Below, in pieces: positions 19,284 through 28,868 of a DNA stretch of 64,000 nt. The stretch is from an uncultured Candidatus Rokubacteria bacterium. GTDB lineage: Bacteria; Methylomirabilota; Methylomirabilia; Rokubacteriales; CSP1-6. The notes below the pieces were generated by a model, which was not told where the DNA came from, searched no databases, and saw only the letters and a program-made list of their open reading frames with translations. The stretch spans positions 544,001-608,000 of the forward strand of contig CAVWFS010000007.1 of assembly GCA_963754315.1 (NCBI GenBank). The letters are read 5' to 3'. Made by a program: the position numbers and the translations under genes. How positions within the stretch are numbered: position 1 is the first letter of the stretch; the number at the start of each line of letters is the position of its first letter.

Positions 19284-20312
19284 ATGAAGGCACTGGCGTT
19301 CAGCGAGTTCGGCGCCCCCGATACCTTACGGTTGCAAGACGTCCCCGATCCGGTCATCGGGGCCGAAGAGGTTCTCGTCCGGGTGCGCGCCTGCGCCCTC
19401 AACCATCTCGACATCTTCGTGCGCGAGGGCATTCCCGCTCTCAAGACGCCCCTGCCCTTCTGGACGGGGTGCGATATCGCCGGCGATGTCGCCGAGGTCG
19501 GAGCGGCTGTGAAGACGGTAAAGGTGGGGGACCGGGTCGCCGTGAATCCCAACCTCACCTGCGGGCGCTGTGAATTTTGCATGCAGGGAGAGGATAGTCT
19601 CTGCCTTCAGTACGGCATCTTAGGCGAGCACCTGCCGGGTGGCCTGGCGGAGCTGGTCAAGGTCCGCGGCGACAACGTGCTCCCCCTGCCTTCCCACGTA
19701 TCCTACGAAGATGCTGCCTCGTTCATCCTCACCAACATGACCGCCTGGCGGATGGTGGTGACCCAGGGGCAAGTCCGGGCCGGCCAGGATGTCCTCATCC
19801 TTGGCGTGGGCGGCGGCGTCTCTTCCACCGCGGTCCAGATTGCCAAGCTGTGCGGGGCGCGCGTGATCGTGACCTCGTCGAGCGATGCCAAGCTGGACCG
19901 CGCCCGCCAGCTCGGCGCGGATCTCGGTATCAACTACACCAAGGACGACTGGACCAAGGTCGTACGTGAGAGGACGGGCCGGCGAGGAGTGGACGTGGTC
20001 ATCGAGAACGTGGGCGCCCAGACGTGGAAGCAGTCGCTTCGTTCCCTCGTCAAGGGAGGCCGCCTGATTACGTGTGGCGCGACCACCGGTCCCATCGGCG
20101 AGACGGACATCCGGATCGTCTTCTGGAATCAGATCCACATCATCGGCTCGACCATGGCCAACCGGAAGGAATTTCATGACGTCATGCGTCTGTTCTTCGA
20201 CGGCCGCTTGCGCGCCATCGTCGACGAGGTCGTGCCCCTCAAGGAGGGTGCCGCCGCCCAGCAGCGCCTGGCCGAGGGTAGACAGTTCGGCAAGATCGTC
20301 TTGACGGTGTAA
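19284..20312 (+). CDS. Zinc-binding MDR-family oxidoreductase (paralog of 555..1631)
   Basis: ACALNHLDIF, CGRCEFC..C, GVGGGV and QFGKIVL motifs. Confidence 0.9.
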   Translation: MKALAFSEFGAPDTLRLQDVPDPVIGAEEVLVRVRACALNHLDIFVREGIPALKTPLPFWTGCDIAGDVAEVGAAVKTVKVGDRVAVNPNLTCGRCEFCMQGEDSLCLQYGILGEHLPGGLAELVKVRGDNVLPLPSHVSYEDAASFILTNMTAWRMVVTQGQVRAGQDVLILGVGGGVSSTAVQIAKLCGARVIVTSSSDAKLDRARQLGADLGINYTKDDWTKVVRERTGRRGVDVVIENVGAQTWKQSLRSLVKGGRLITCGATTGPIGETDIRIVFWNQIHIIGSTMANRKEFHDVMRLFFDGRLRAIVDEVVPLKEGAAAQQRLAEGRQFGKIVLTV

Positions 20313-20324
20313 GGCCCGCTTGAC

Positions 20325-20684
20325 ATGCGATCACGCGTCGCCGCCGTGGCCTCGTTCCTCGCTCTCCTCCTCACCGCTGCGCCCGCCGCTGTGGGTCACC
20401 ACGGCTGGAGCGGCTACGATTCCAGCACGACCTTGGAGCTGACGGGCATCATCAAGGTCTCCGGGTACGAGCATCCTCACGGGTACATCAATCTGGAGGT
20501 CCCCGGCAAGACGTGGCTGGTCGTGCTGGCGCCGCCTTCGCGCATGGAGCGGCGCGGCCTGCCGAGGGAGATGCTCAAGCCCGGGGCGACGGCCACCGTC
20601 GTGGGGTACCCCAACCGGACGGATCCCAACGAGATGCGCGCCGAGCGAATCACCCTCGAGGGCAAGACGGTCGAACTCCGCTGA
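20325..20684 (+). CDS. DUF6152-like exported protein
   Basis: Signal peptide followed by HHGWSGYD, EHPH and MRAERIT..TVELR. Confidence 0.75.
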   Translation: MRSRVAAVASFLALLLTAAPAAVGHHGWSGYDSSTTLELTGIIKVSGYEHPHGYINLEVPGKTWLVVLAPPSRMERRGLPREMLKPGATATVVGYPNRTDPNEMRAERITLEGKTVELR

Positions 20685-21178
20685 TGCACCCTCCCGTTGG
20701 CCCCGCCTGGTTGGTCTGGCTGGAGACTTCGGCGCTGGCCGAGGCCATGCGCCAGTGGACGTGGCTCTACCCCGGCGTGGAGATTGTCCACATCGTGGGC
20801 TTCGTCGTCCTGGTGGGCGCGGCGATCATGTTCGATCTCAGACTCCTGGGCGTCTCGCCGGGTCTTCCCGTCATGGGATTGGAGCGCCATCTGCTTCGCG
20901 CCGCTCGCGCGAGCGTGGCCCTCGTGGTGCCGTCAGGGATCTTGATGTTCACGGCCCACGCCACCGAGATGGCCGACAACCCGGCCTTCCGCCTGAAGAT
21001 GGTCTTGCTGGTCGCCGCTCTCCTCAATGCTGCGCTCTTTCATCGTGCGCCGTTTCGCTCGGTGGCGGCCTGGAACCTGCACCGGCCGGCGCCCAGGACG
21101 GCACGCGCCGCCGCGGTGGTCTCCCTCGTTCTGTGGGTGAGCGTGATCACCTGCGGACGTCTCTTGGCGTACCTCTGA
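20684..21178 (+). CDS. DUF6644-like membrane protein
   Basis: YPGVEIVHIVG, FDLRLLG, NPAFRLKM and CGRLLAY motifs. TGATG coupling to the upstream gene. Confidence 0.75.
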   Translation: MHPPVGPAWLVWLETSALAEAMRQWTWLYPGVEIVHIVGFVVLVGAAIMFDLRLLGVSPGLPVMGLERHLLRAARASVALVVPSGILMFTAHATEMADNPAFRLKMVLLVAALLNAALFHRAPFRSVAAWNLHRPAPRTARAAAVVSLVLWVSVITCGRLLAYL

Positions 21179-21188
21179 AGCCCGGAAG

Positions 21189-22191
21189 CTACACCTCTAC
21201 GGCGACGGTCTCTCGGCGCTCCGCGGATCGGTAGCAGGCGTCGGCCACGGCGACCGCGCGCAGGCCGTCGTCCACCGTGATGGGAAACGGGGTGCCTTCG
21301 CTGAGCGCTGTCACGAACGCTCTCAGCGCTTCGCGCACGGTCGGAACGGGCGGCATCACCGGTAGCTCGCGCCGCTCCCGTCCCCGCAGGAGATACGCGA
21401 AGCCGTGAACGTGGTCGCCGACGAGCTGGCCGCGCTCCCCCACCAGTTCGATAAGCCCGCTGCGCCCCAGGGTCGTTCGCGAGCCGGCGACCACCCCGGG
21501 TAAGGGAAACCCGCGCATCGTGTAGACCAAGGTGAAGGCGTCTTCCGTCTCCCGCGTGAAGCGGTGCTCCAGGAGCGCCCATACCCGGTCCACTTCGAGG
21601 CCGCTCAGGTAGCGTAGCAGGTCAAAGCTGTGCACCCCCGTGTGGAGGGCGATGCCCCCGCCTGCTTCCGCCCGCCGGTCGAGCCAGTCGAGCGACGAAG
21701 GCTCGAACCGCTGGCTGAGGGAGACGGTCTGCAGCGGCGCGATCTCGCTCAGGTGGGTCCGCAAGGCGCCACACGACAGCATTGAACCTGAGCGTATGGG
21801 CCACCATGCACCGCACGCCGTGGGCCGCCACCAAGTCGCGGATCCGACGGGCTTCGGCCAGGTTCACCGCCAATGGCTTCTCGATCAGCAGCGGCTTGCC
21901 GGCCTGGCAAGCGGCCTCCACCACCTGCGTGTGCAGGCTGGGCGGCACCGCCACCACGATCGCGTCGATACCGGGATCGCTCACGAGCCGACGAAAATCA
22001 TCGACCCATGCGCAACGATACGTGGCGGCAGCACGCTCACCCTCGGTACGATCCCGCCGGCAGAGGGCAACCAGCTGCGCCTCCGGCACGTCCTCGACGA
22101 TGTGCCGAGCGTAGCGAAGCCCGTGCTTGCCGGCGCCCACGAGGCCCAGGCGCAGCCGCGGTACGCGGGGCATTGTCCAATCTTTGGTCAT
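21189..22191 (-). CDS. Gfo/Idh/MocA oxidoreductase (frameshift at ~21770)
   Basis: N-half (GLVGAGKHG, IEKPLA, AHTLRF) is in ORF 21622..22242. C-half (GGGIALHTGVHSFD) is in ORF 21189..21782. One extra base lies between them. Confidence 0.85.
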
Positions 22192-22222
22192 CGTCGGCAC
22201 TCCGCGGATCGCTGCGCGAGGG

Positions 22223-23026
22223 TTAGAAGTAGCCGGGGTCACCGGGGAGGAGGGTCCGTTCCGGCGCGCCGTCTGGGCCGGAAACGAGCCGGGGCCGGAT
22301 CACTGTGATCTGGCGGCCGTCGAGCCGACCGAGCGCGTCGAGGGTGGACGCAGCGCCCTCGAAGAGTCTCAGGTTCCGCATGGTCGGCAGCCGCAGGGAG
22401 ATCTCGCCGCGCTCACGGGCGACGAGCGCTTCGCCCGGACTGAGCCACCGGACGTCCACGATCTCCCTGTCGTCGGCCACTGCCGTCTGCCCGGCCGGCA
22501 TAGGGGCCGCGAAGAACCGCGTGTCAAATCGTAATGGCCGCTCCTCGGGCGTGATCCAGTGCGCGACGTAGACGAGCTGATCCGTGGCCAGCCGCAGACC
22601 CTCAACGCGGAGCATGTCCCAGAATGCCCGATGGTCAGTCTGGCATGCGCGGCGATACTCGCTCGCACGCGTGGACTCGAGCCTGGCCGGGCGTCCGTCC
22701 GATCCGTACGCAAGGAGCACTCCCACTTCCTCGAAGGCCTCGCGGATGGCGCCGATCCAGTACCCGAGGGCATGGTGACCGTCATCGGGCAATCCGAGAA
22801 TGTGGGCGGCCCGCGTCCTGTCGAGTCCTACGCACCAGGCAGCCGCGTCGTGCGAGTGGTCGGCGACCTCGACCTTGCCCCCGGCGAAGACATAGTCACC
22901 GGCGGCGAACTTACTCGCGCGGTGACGCTGGATCAGCAGGATCTCGATCCCGGTCACAGGGTGGTCGCGCACGAGTACAAGGGTGGCGGCCGGCAATGGC
23001 GTGGCGGGCGGTCGTTTGACGGGCAC
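22223..23026 (-). CDS. NUDIX hydrolase
   Basis: YVFAGGKVE...AIREAFEEVG and HWITPE..RFDTRFF motifs. Confidence 0.9.
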   Translation of the reverse strand: MPVKRPPATPLPAATLVLVRDHPVTGIEILLIQRHRASKFAAGDYVFAGGKVEVADHSHDAAAWCVGLDRTRAAHILGLPDDGHHALGYWIGAIREAFEEVGVLLAYGSDGRPARLESTRASEYRRACQTDHRAFWDMLRVEGLRLATDQLVYVAHWITPEERPLRFDTRFFAAPMPAGQTAVADDREIVDVRWLSPGEALVARERGEISLRLPTMRNLRLFEGAASTLDALGRLDGRQITVIRPRLVSGPDGAPERTLLPGDPGYF

Positions 23027-23086
23027 GGGTCAGTGTGCCACGATGACGCCTCGGCTGTCACCACTCCCAGAGGAGGCGCGTCGGGC

Positions 23087-23551
23087 ATGAGCGCGGAAGC
23101 TCGCCTGAAAGAGAGAAACATCGTGCTCCCCAAGCCGTCCACACCGATGGCGAACTACGTAGGCGCGGTCCGCACTGGCAATCTGCTCTTTCTCGCGGGG
23201 CACGGCCCCCTGCGGGAGGGCGGGGTGGCCTCGGCGCGCGGGAAGCTCGGCAAAGACCTGTCCGTCGAGCAGGGCTATCAGGTCGCGCGCGAGGTCGGCT
23301 TGAGTCTACTCGCCACCACCAAGGTCGCGCTCGGCAGCCTTGACAAGGTCAAACGCGTGGTCAAAGTCCTCGGTATGGTCAACTCGGCCGAAGGCTTCGG
23401 CGATCAGCCCAAGGTCATCAACGGCTTTTCAGACCTGATGGTCGAGGTCTTCGGCGAGGCCATCGGCAAGCATGCGCGGTCGGCGGTGGGCATGGCCGAA
23501 CTCCCGATGGGGATTCCGGTTGAGATCGAGATGATCCTGGAGGTCGAGTAG
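23087..23551 (+). CDS. RidA/YjgF family protein
   Basis: LFLAGHGP, VINGFSDL and HARSAVG motifs. GGAGG RBS. Confidence 0.92.
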   Translation: MSAEARLKERNIVLPKPSTPMANYVGAVRTGNLLFLAGHGPLREGGVASARGKLGKDLSVEQGYQVAREVGLSLLATTKVALGSLDKVKRVVKVLGMVNSAEGFGDQPKVINGFSDLMVEVFGEAIGKHARSAVGMAELPMGIPVEIEMILEVE

Positions 23552-23556
23552 ACACG

Positions 23557-23712
23557 ATGGCCAGCCTCGCAGACTTTGGCCTCGCTGCCGTCTCGCTCGT
23601 CTTCCTGGGTGTCTTGGGCTTCATCAGCGGTGTGGCCGTCCCGGGACTGTTCATGGCTGTCGTCGCCCCCTGGCTCGACTGGATTCTCCCGGCGCGCAAG
23701 CCGCGCTCCTAG
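23557..23712 (+). CDS. Small hydrophobic membrane protein (51 aa), absent from the ORF track
   Basis: Manual translation MASLADFGLAAVSLVFLGVLGFISGVAVPGLFMAVVAPWLDWILPARKPRS*. It fills the gap between ridA and the Mo subunit and has GC3-rich codons. Confidence 0.55.
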   Translation: MASLADFGLAAVSLVFLGVLGFISGVAVPGLFMAVVAPWLDWILPARKPRS

Positions 23713-23737
23713 CGGAACGCCTGGGCGACCGGCCTCG

Positions 23738-26071
23738 ATGGGCGCCAAGTACTTCGGGGCGGCCGTCAAGCGCCGCGAGGATCCTCGATTCCTGCGCGGC
23801 GAGGCACGCTACGTGGACGACGTGGTGGTGCCGGGTATGCTGCACGCGGCGTTTCTCCGCTCACCGCATGCTCACGCGCGCATCGTCTCCGTCCGGACCG
23901 AGGCCGCGGCGGCCATGCCGGGGGTCGCGGGGGTATTCACCTTCGACACCTTGCGGCGCTGGATGAAGCCCCTACCCGTGTTCGGCGCCGCTCCCCCCGG
24001 TCTGGCTGAGAAGGTGAGATTCGACATCCGTCCCACCATCCAGTACGCGCTCTGCCACGAGCGGGTCCGCTACGTGGGCGAGATCGTGGGCATGGTCGTC
24101 GCGGACAGCCGCTATCGCGCCGAGGACGCGGCCGAACGCATCGAGGTGGAATGGGAACCGCTTCCCGCGGTGGTCGACATGATTGCCGCGGCCGAGCCGG
24201 ATGCCCCGCTCCTGCATCCCTCATGCGGAACGAACGTCGCTCTCGCCTTTCCGCACGCAATCGGTGACGTCCAGGCCGCCTTCGCCCACGCCGACGTCGT
24301 CCTGGAGGACACATTCCGGATCCAGCGTTACGTCGGCATGCCGCTCGAGGGGCGCGGCGTGGTGGCGGTGTGGGATCGACGTGACCGATCGCTGACCACG
24401 TGGAACAGCACGCAGGTCTCCCACTTCGTCCAGCAGGGGCTGGCAACCGCCCTGGACCTGCCGCCGCACAAGATCAGAGTGGTGGCGCCCGACGTGGGAG
24501 GCGGCTTCGGTACCAAGGCATCGGGCTACCCGGAGGACGTGCTCGTCCCGCTCGCGTCCATCGAGACCGGCCGGCCCGTGAAGTGGGTCGAAGACCGCCG
24601 CGAGCACATGATGAGCGCCGCCCATGCCCGTCACCAGACTCACGAGATCGCGCTGGCCGCGACCCGTGATGGCACCATCCTGGGCGTCCGTGACCGTATC
24701 TGGCTCGATCTTGGCGCGTACAGCGTCTGGGGCGTGGTCCTCCCCTACAACACGGTCGCCCACCTCATCGGGCCCCACCGCATCCGCAACATGCAGGTTG
24801 ACGTCAAGGCCGTCCTCACCAACAAGACACCCAACGCTCCCTATCGCGGGGCCGGGCGGCCCGAGACCGTGTTCGCCATGGACCGCGCCGTCGATTGTCT
24901 GGCGCGCCGGCTCGGGATGGACCCCGCAGACCTTCGCCGCAAGAACTACCTGCGCGGCGACGAAATGCCGTACGACCTCGGCATGCCGTACCGCGACGGC
25001 AATCCCCTCGTGTATGACACCGGAGACTTCGCGGCCACCCTCGAGTCTGCCCTCACCGCCAGCGGCTACGCCGACTTTCGTCGCGAGCAGCCCGCGCTGC
25101 TTGACCGCGGCATCCATCGTGGAATCGGCATCTCGGGATACGCGGAGGGGACGGCCATCGGGCCGTACGAGGGCGTGACCATCAAGGTCGACGCCAGCGG
25201 ACGGGTCCTCGTGGCGACCGGAGCTGTGAACTCTGGCCAAGGTCACGAGACGAGCTTCGCCCAGGTCGCGGCTGACGTTCTGGGCGTGCCTCTGGACTGG
25301 GTGACGGTGATCGGTGGCGATACGGGGGCTGTTCCATTCGGCACCGGCACCTACGCCAGCCGCAGCGCCGTCACGGCAGGCAGTTCCATCGTGGACGCCG
25401 CGCGCCAGGTGCGCGACAAGCTCGCTCGCGCGGCCGCCGCGCTGCTCGAAGCCGCGCCAGGTGACATCGAGATCGAAGACGGCCGCGCGGCCGTGCGCGG
25501 CGTCCCTGGATCGTCCATCGACCTCGCGCGTGTCATCCAGGCAGCGATGCCGACCTTCGCCAAGCCAGGGGTCGCCTCACCCGACTTCGAGGCGACCGCC
25601 TACCACCACGTTCCCACCGTCACCTGGGCGAGCGCCGTGCACGTGGCCGTAGTCGAGGTGGACACGGGGACCGGGCATGTGAAGCTGCTGCGCTACGTGG
25701 TGGCTCATGACTGCGGCAAGATCATCAATCCGACCATCGTGGAGGGACAAGTTCACGGTGGCGTGGCCCAGGGCGTGGGCGGGGCGCTGTTCGAGGAGAT
25801 CGTCTACGACGAGCAGGGCCAGCTCCTCACGGGGACCCTGCTGGACTACCTCGTTCCTTCCGCCATGGAGCTGCCTGCCATCGAGACCGTCCACCTCGAG
25901 TACCCATCGTCCCGCAATCCGCTGGGCATCAAGGGACTCGGGGAAGGAGGCGCAATCTCACCGCCTGCCGCCATCGCCAACGCCATCGACGACGCGCTTG
26001 CCCCCTTCCACATCCGGGTGCGGGAGACACCCGCCAGCCCGGCTCGTCTGCTCGCTTTGCTCGGGACGTGA
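23738..26071 (+). CDS. Xanthine dehydrogenase/CoxL-family molybdopterin-binding subunit
   Basis: DVGGGFGTK, APYRGAGRPE, GQGHET, GQVHGGVAQG and KGLGEGG motifs. Confidence 0.92.
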   Translation: MGAKYFGAAVKRREDPRFLRGEARYVDDVVVPGMLHAAFLRSPHAHARIVSVRTEAAAAMPGVAGVFTFDTLRRWMKPLPVFGAAPPGLAEKVRFDIRPTIQYALCHERVRYVGEIVGMVVADSRYRAEDAAERIEVEWEPLPAVVDMIAAAEPDAPLLHPSCGTNVALAFPHAIGDVQAAFAHADVVLEDTFRIQRYVGMPLEGRGVVAVWDRRDRSLTTWNSTQVSHFVQQGLATALDLPPHKIRVVAPDVGGGFGTKASGYPEDVLVPLASIETGRPVKWVEDRREHMMSAAHARHQTHEIALAATRDGTILGVRDRIWLDLGAYSVWGVVLPYNTVAHLIGPHRIRNMQVDVKAVLTNKTPNAPYRGAGRPETVFAMDRAVDCLARRLGMDPADLRRKNYLRGDEMPYDLGMPYRDGNPLVYDTGDFAATLESALTASGYADFRREQPALLDRGIHRGIGISGYAEGTAIGPYEGVTIKVDASGRVLVATGAVNSGQGHETSFAQVAADVLGVPLDWVTVIGGDTGAVPFGTGTYASRSAVTAGSSIVDAARQVRDKLARAAAALLEAAPGDIEIEDGRAAVRGVPGSSIDLARVIQAAMPTFAKPGVASPDFEATAYHHVPTVTWASAVHVAVVEVDTGTGHVKLLRYVVAHDCGKIINPTIVEGQVHGGVAQGVGGALFEEIVYDEQGQLLTGTLLDYLVPSAMELPAIETVHLEYPSSRNPLGIKGLGEGGAISPPAAIANAIDDALAPFHIRVRETPASPARLLALLGT

Positions 26072-26928
26072 AGCCGGCGCCCTTCGAATACTTTGATCCG
26101 CGCGAGCTCGATGAGGCCCTCGAGCGGATCGAGAGTTTCGGCGATGAAGCCAAGGTCCTCGCCGGAGGCCAGAGTCTCATGCCGATGCTCAATCTCCGGC
26201 TCGCTCGCCCGGCGGCGATCATCGACATCAACCGCCTTCCGGGTCTCGACACCTTCACCCCCGCCGACGGCACCTTGCGCCTGGGTGCGCTCGTTCGGCA
26301 GCGGAGTCTCGAGCGCTGGGCCTCGAGCCACCATCCCCTCCTGGCCGCTGCCTTGCGGCTGGTCGGACACTCGGCCATCCGCAACCGGGGCACCGTGGCC
26401 GGGAACATCGCCCACGCCGACCCTGCCTCCGAGCTGCCGGCCCTGCTCCTCTGCCTCGATGGCGCCGTCGTCGTGCGAAGTCGCGCCGGGACGCGGCAGA
26501 TTGCGGCGGGGGATTTCTTCCAGGGGCCCCTGATGACAGCGCTTCGAAGCGATGAGCTGGTCACGGAGACGCGCTGGCGCCTGCCCGATCCAGGCATGGG
26601 CTGGGGGTTCCACGAGGTCGCCAGACGGCACGGTGACTTCGCCCTGGTCGGCGCCGTCGCCGTCATCACCTGCCACGGCGGTCGCATCGCCAGCGCGCGG
26701 CTGGCCATTTTCGGAGCCGGATCGTCGGCCGTGCGGGCGCCGGCGGCCGAGCGTGCCCTCACCGGCCAGGTGCCGAGTCCCACGCTGCTCGACGAGGCGG
26801 CGGCGGCCGTCAGCGAGGGCCTCGACCCGCAATCGGACCTGCACGCGTCGGCCGCCTACCGTCGGCGTGTGGCAGGGACCCTGGCCGCGCGCGCGCTCAC
26901 GGACGCCCTGGCACGCGCAACGGCATGA
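26068..26928 (+). CDS. CoxM-like FAD-binding subunit
   Basis: MKPAPFEY, AGGQSLMP, IRNRGTVAG and ADPASE motifs. Confidence 0.92.
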   Translation: MKPAPFEYFDPRELDEALERIESFGDEAKVLAGGQSLMPMLNLRLARPAAIIDINRLPGLDTFTPADGTLRLGALVRQRSLERWASSHHPLLAAALRLVGHSAIRNRGTVAGNIAHADPASELPALLLCLDGAVVVRSRAGTRQIAAGDFFQGPLMTALRSDELVTETRWRLPDPGMGWGFHEVARRHGDFALVGAVAVITCHGGRIASARLAIFGAGSSAVRAPAAERALTGQVPSPTLLDEAAAAVSEGLDPQSDLHASAAYRRRVAGTLAARALTDALARATA

Positions 26929-27396
26929 CGACCCGAACGATCAGCCTGAGGGTCAACGGTCGGACGTACACAGGCACCGTGGAGGCTCGCATGACCCTGG
27001 TCGATTTTCTGCGCGACGAGCCTCGGTCTCACGGGCACTCACGTGGGATGCGAGCACGGCGTGTGCGGAGCCTGTACCGTGCTCGATGATGGTCAGCCCG
27101 TCCGAAGCTGTCTGCTCCTGGCGATCCAGATGGACGGGGCCAGCCTGACCACGGTGGAGGGCCTGGCGGACGGGGATCGGCTGCATCCTCTTCAGCAGGC
27201 CTTCTGGGATCATCACGGCTTGCAGTGTGGCTTCTGCACACCAGGCATCTTGCTCACGGCAAAGGCCTTCCTGGAGGAGCATCCACGCCCGACTGACGAG
27301 GAGATCCGCGAAGCCATCTCCGGAAACCTGTGCCGCTGCACAGGCTACCACTTCATCGTCGAGGCCATTCGCGCCGCCGCCAGCGCGCAGCAATAG
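26925..27396 (+). CDS. CoxS-like 2Fe-2S subunit (extra C at ~27021)
   Basis: ATG at 26925 gives [12 protein letters not shown]...LVDFLRDE. After a +1 shift it continues [18 protein letters not shown]...QCGFCTPG...GNLCRCTGY. Confidence 0.9.
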
Positions 27397-27449
27397 GCGC
27401 CGGGCCTCTCGAAGACGGGCGTCTCCGAGGGCCATCGCCCGCCTGATCG

Positions 27450-28274
27450 TCAGGCAGCGGACCCCAGCAGCGGCGGGAGCATCCGAAGCGCGTCGGCGAG
27501 GCGTCGCCCGTGCCAGGAGAACGGCTTACCATCCACGAGGTGGATGCGGTTGTCGCGTACGGCGGGGACACCCGCGTAGGGTGCGAAGTCCTTCAGGTGA
27601 ACGCGACGGAAGCGAAACGGCTCGTCGGGCAGCAAGATCACCGACGGCGATCGTGCCGCCATCTCGTCCAGTGTCACCGCCGGGTAGCGCTCGGCACAAT
27701 CGGCGAAGATGTTGCCTGCCCCGCATGTGGTGAGGACGTCGGAGAGGTACGTGTCGGCATTGAGCGTCATGTACGGATTCCGCCAGATCGCGTAGAAGAC
27801 GGGCACCGGGGACCGCTCGGCGGCCACGGCCCGTGCGTGGGCCACCAGCGGCTGCAGCTCCTCAAGCAACACGGCGGCCCGTTCGGGTACCCCGGTCACC
27901 TCGCCCAGCTCCCGAATCATCCGCAGACTGTCATCCACGTTGCGGGGATATGTGACCCAGACGGGAATGCCCCATCCGCGCAAGGTCTCGACGTGGGCCC
28001 GGACGTTTTCCTCGACGTTGGCAATGACCAGGTCGGGGGCCAGGCGATGGATTCGCTGCAGGTCTGGATCCTTCTCTCCGCCGATGCGGGGCTTGCTGCG
28101 CACCACATCGCGCGGTTCCACACAGTAGACCGTGACCCCCACCAGCCGATCGGCCAGCCCAAGGTCGCACAGGAGTTCCGTGGTGCTGGGGATGAGCGAT
28201 ACGATCCGCCGGGGAGGGATACCGGCAGCAAACGCCACCCCGGAGGCGTCTACCAGGGGAAGGCGCCTCCTCAC
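27450..28274 (-). CDS. BtuF-like helical-backbone periplasmic binding protein
   Basis: RIVSLIPSTTE, IGGEKDPD, PDLVIANVEEN, PDEPFRF and LVDG..FSWHG motifs. Confidence 0.85.
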   Translation of the reverse strand: MRRRLPLVDASGVAFAAGIPPRRIVSLIPSTTELLCDLGLADRLVGVTVYCVEPRDVVRSKPRIGGEKDPDLQRIHRLAPDLVIANVEENVRAHVETLRGWGIPVWVTYPRNVDDSLRMIRELGEVTGVPERAAVLLEELQPLVAHARAVAAERSPVPVFYAIWRNPYMTLNADTYLSDVLTTCGAGNIFADCAERYPAVTLDEMAARSPSVILLPDEPFRFRRVHLKDFAPYAGVPAVRDNRIHLVDGKPFSWHGRRLADALRMLPPLLGSAA

Positions 28275-28453
28275 TGGATACGCCGGCTCCTCAACCGCTC
28301 GACGGCCGCGATGACATCTCGCATACGATCGGCCAGTTCGCGATCCCACTTCATGATCTCCTCCATCGGCGCCTTCGTGTCGATGGCATCCTCCAGATTC
28401 GTCACCGCCACCCCGAATACTTTCAGAAGCCGCCGCGTCTCTTCGGTAGGCAT
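28271..28453 (-). CDS. Small helical hypothetical protein (60 aa)
   Basis: MPTEETRRLLKVFGVAVTNLED... with a GGGAGG RBS. Its stop overlaps the next GTG. Confidence 0.65.
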   Translation of the reverse strand: MPTEETRRLLKVFGVAVTNLEDAIDTKAPMEEIMKWDRELADRMRDVIAAVERLRSRRIQ

Positions 28454-28470
28454 CACGACCTCCCGGCCTG

Positions 28471-28839
28471 TCAATCGAGCAAGAGTTCCGGCGCGTCTGG
28501 CCAGCGTGGCTGGCCCTCGGGTTTGAAGTTCTTGGTGTTCACGAAATGCAGTCCGTGGTGCAGATTCATCTTGAACTTGCCGCCCCCGAAGCGAGCGCCG
28601 ATCCAGCCGTCGGGATCCTCCAGGAACGGCGTCAGCTCGGGCGCCGGTATCCGAACCAACCACTTGAAGCGGATGCTCCCGGCGTGGGGCGCCTGCACAC
28701 CGATGGTCGCCGTGAAATCGGGCCACACGCGGACGAACTCTTGGAGCACCTCGCGCCGCGTCGGCCGCTCGACTCCGCGATTGAGGAGATTGCGTCGGAG
28801 GTACGGCTCGATGAGATCCCAGCACCAGCCTGCGATCAC
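28471..28839 (-). CDS. Hypothetical protein (122 aa)
   Basis: Globular-looking ORF that fills the gap and is co-oriented with the downstream genes. Confidence 0.6.
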   Translation of the reverse strand: MIAGWCWDLIEPYLRRNLLNRGVERPTRREVLQEFVRVWPDFTATIGVQAPHAGSIRFKWLVRIPAPELTPFLEDPDGWIGARFGGGKFKMNLHHGLHFVNTKNFKPEGQPRWPDAPELLLD

Positions 28840-28868
28840 CGCGCCCGAAGTGTATCATGTGAACGCCC

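Noticed and set aside
23738..26071. Aerobic (form I) CO dehydrogenase
   Set aside because: It lacks AYRCSFR, the gene order is L-M-S, and no coxDEFG accessory genes are present.
26925..27396. Programmed frameshifting or true pseudogenisation of coxS, crcB and others
   Set aside because: There are no slippery heptamers or other decay, and the pattern fits sequencing indels.
27397..27449. Hairpin between convergent genes as a fourth repeat copy
   Set aside because: It has only a short GGGCCTC similarity and is better explained as an ordinary terminator-like stem.
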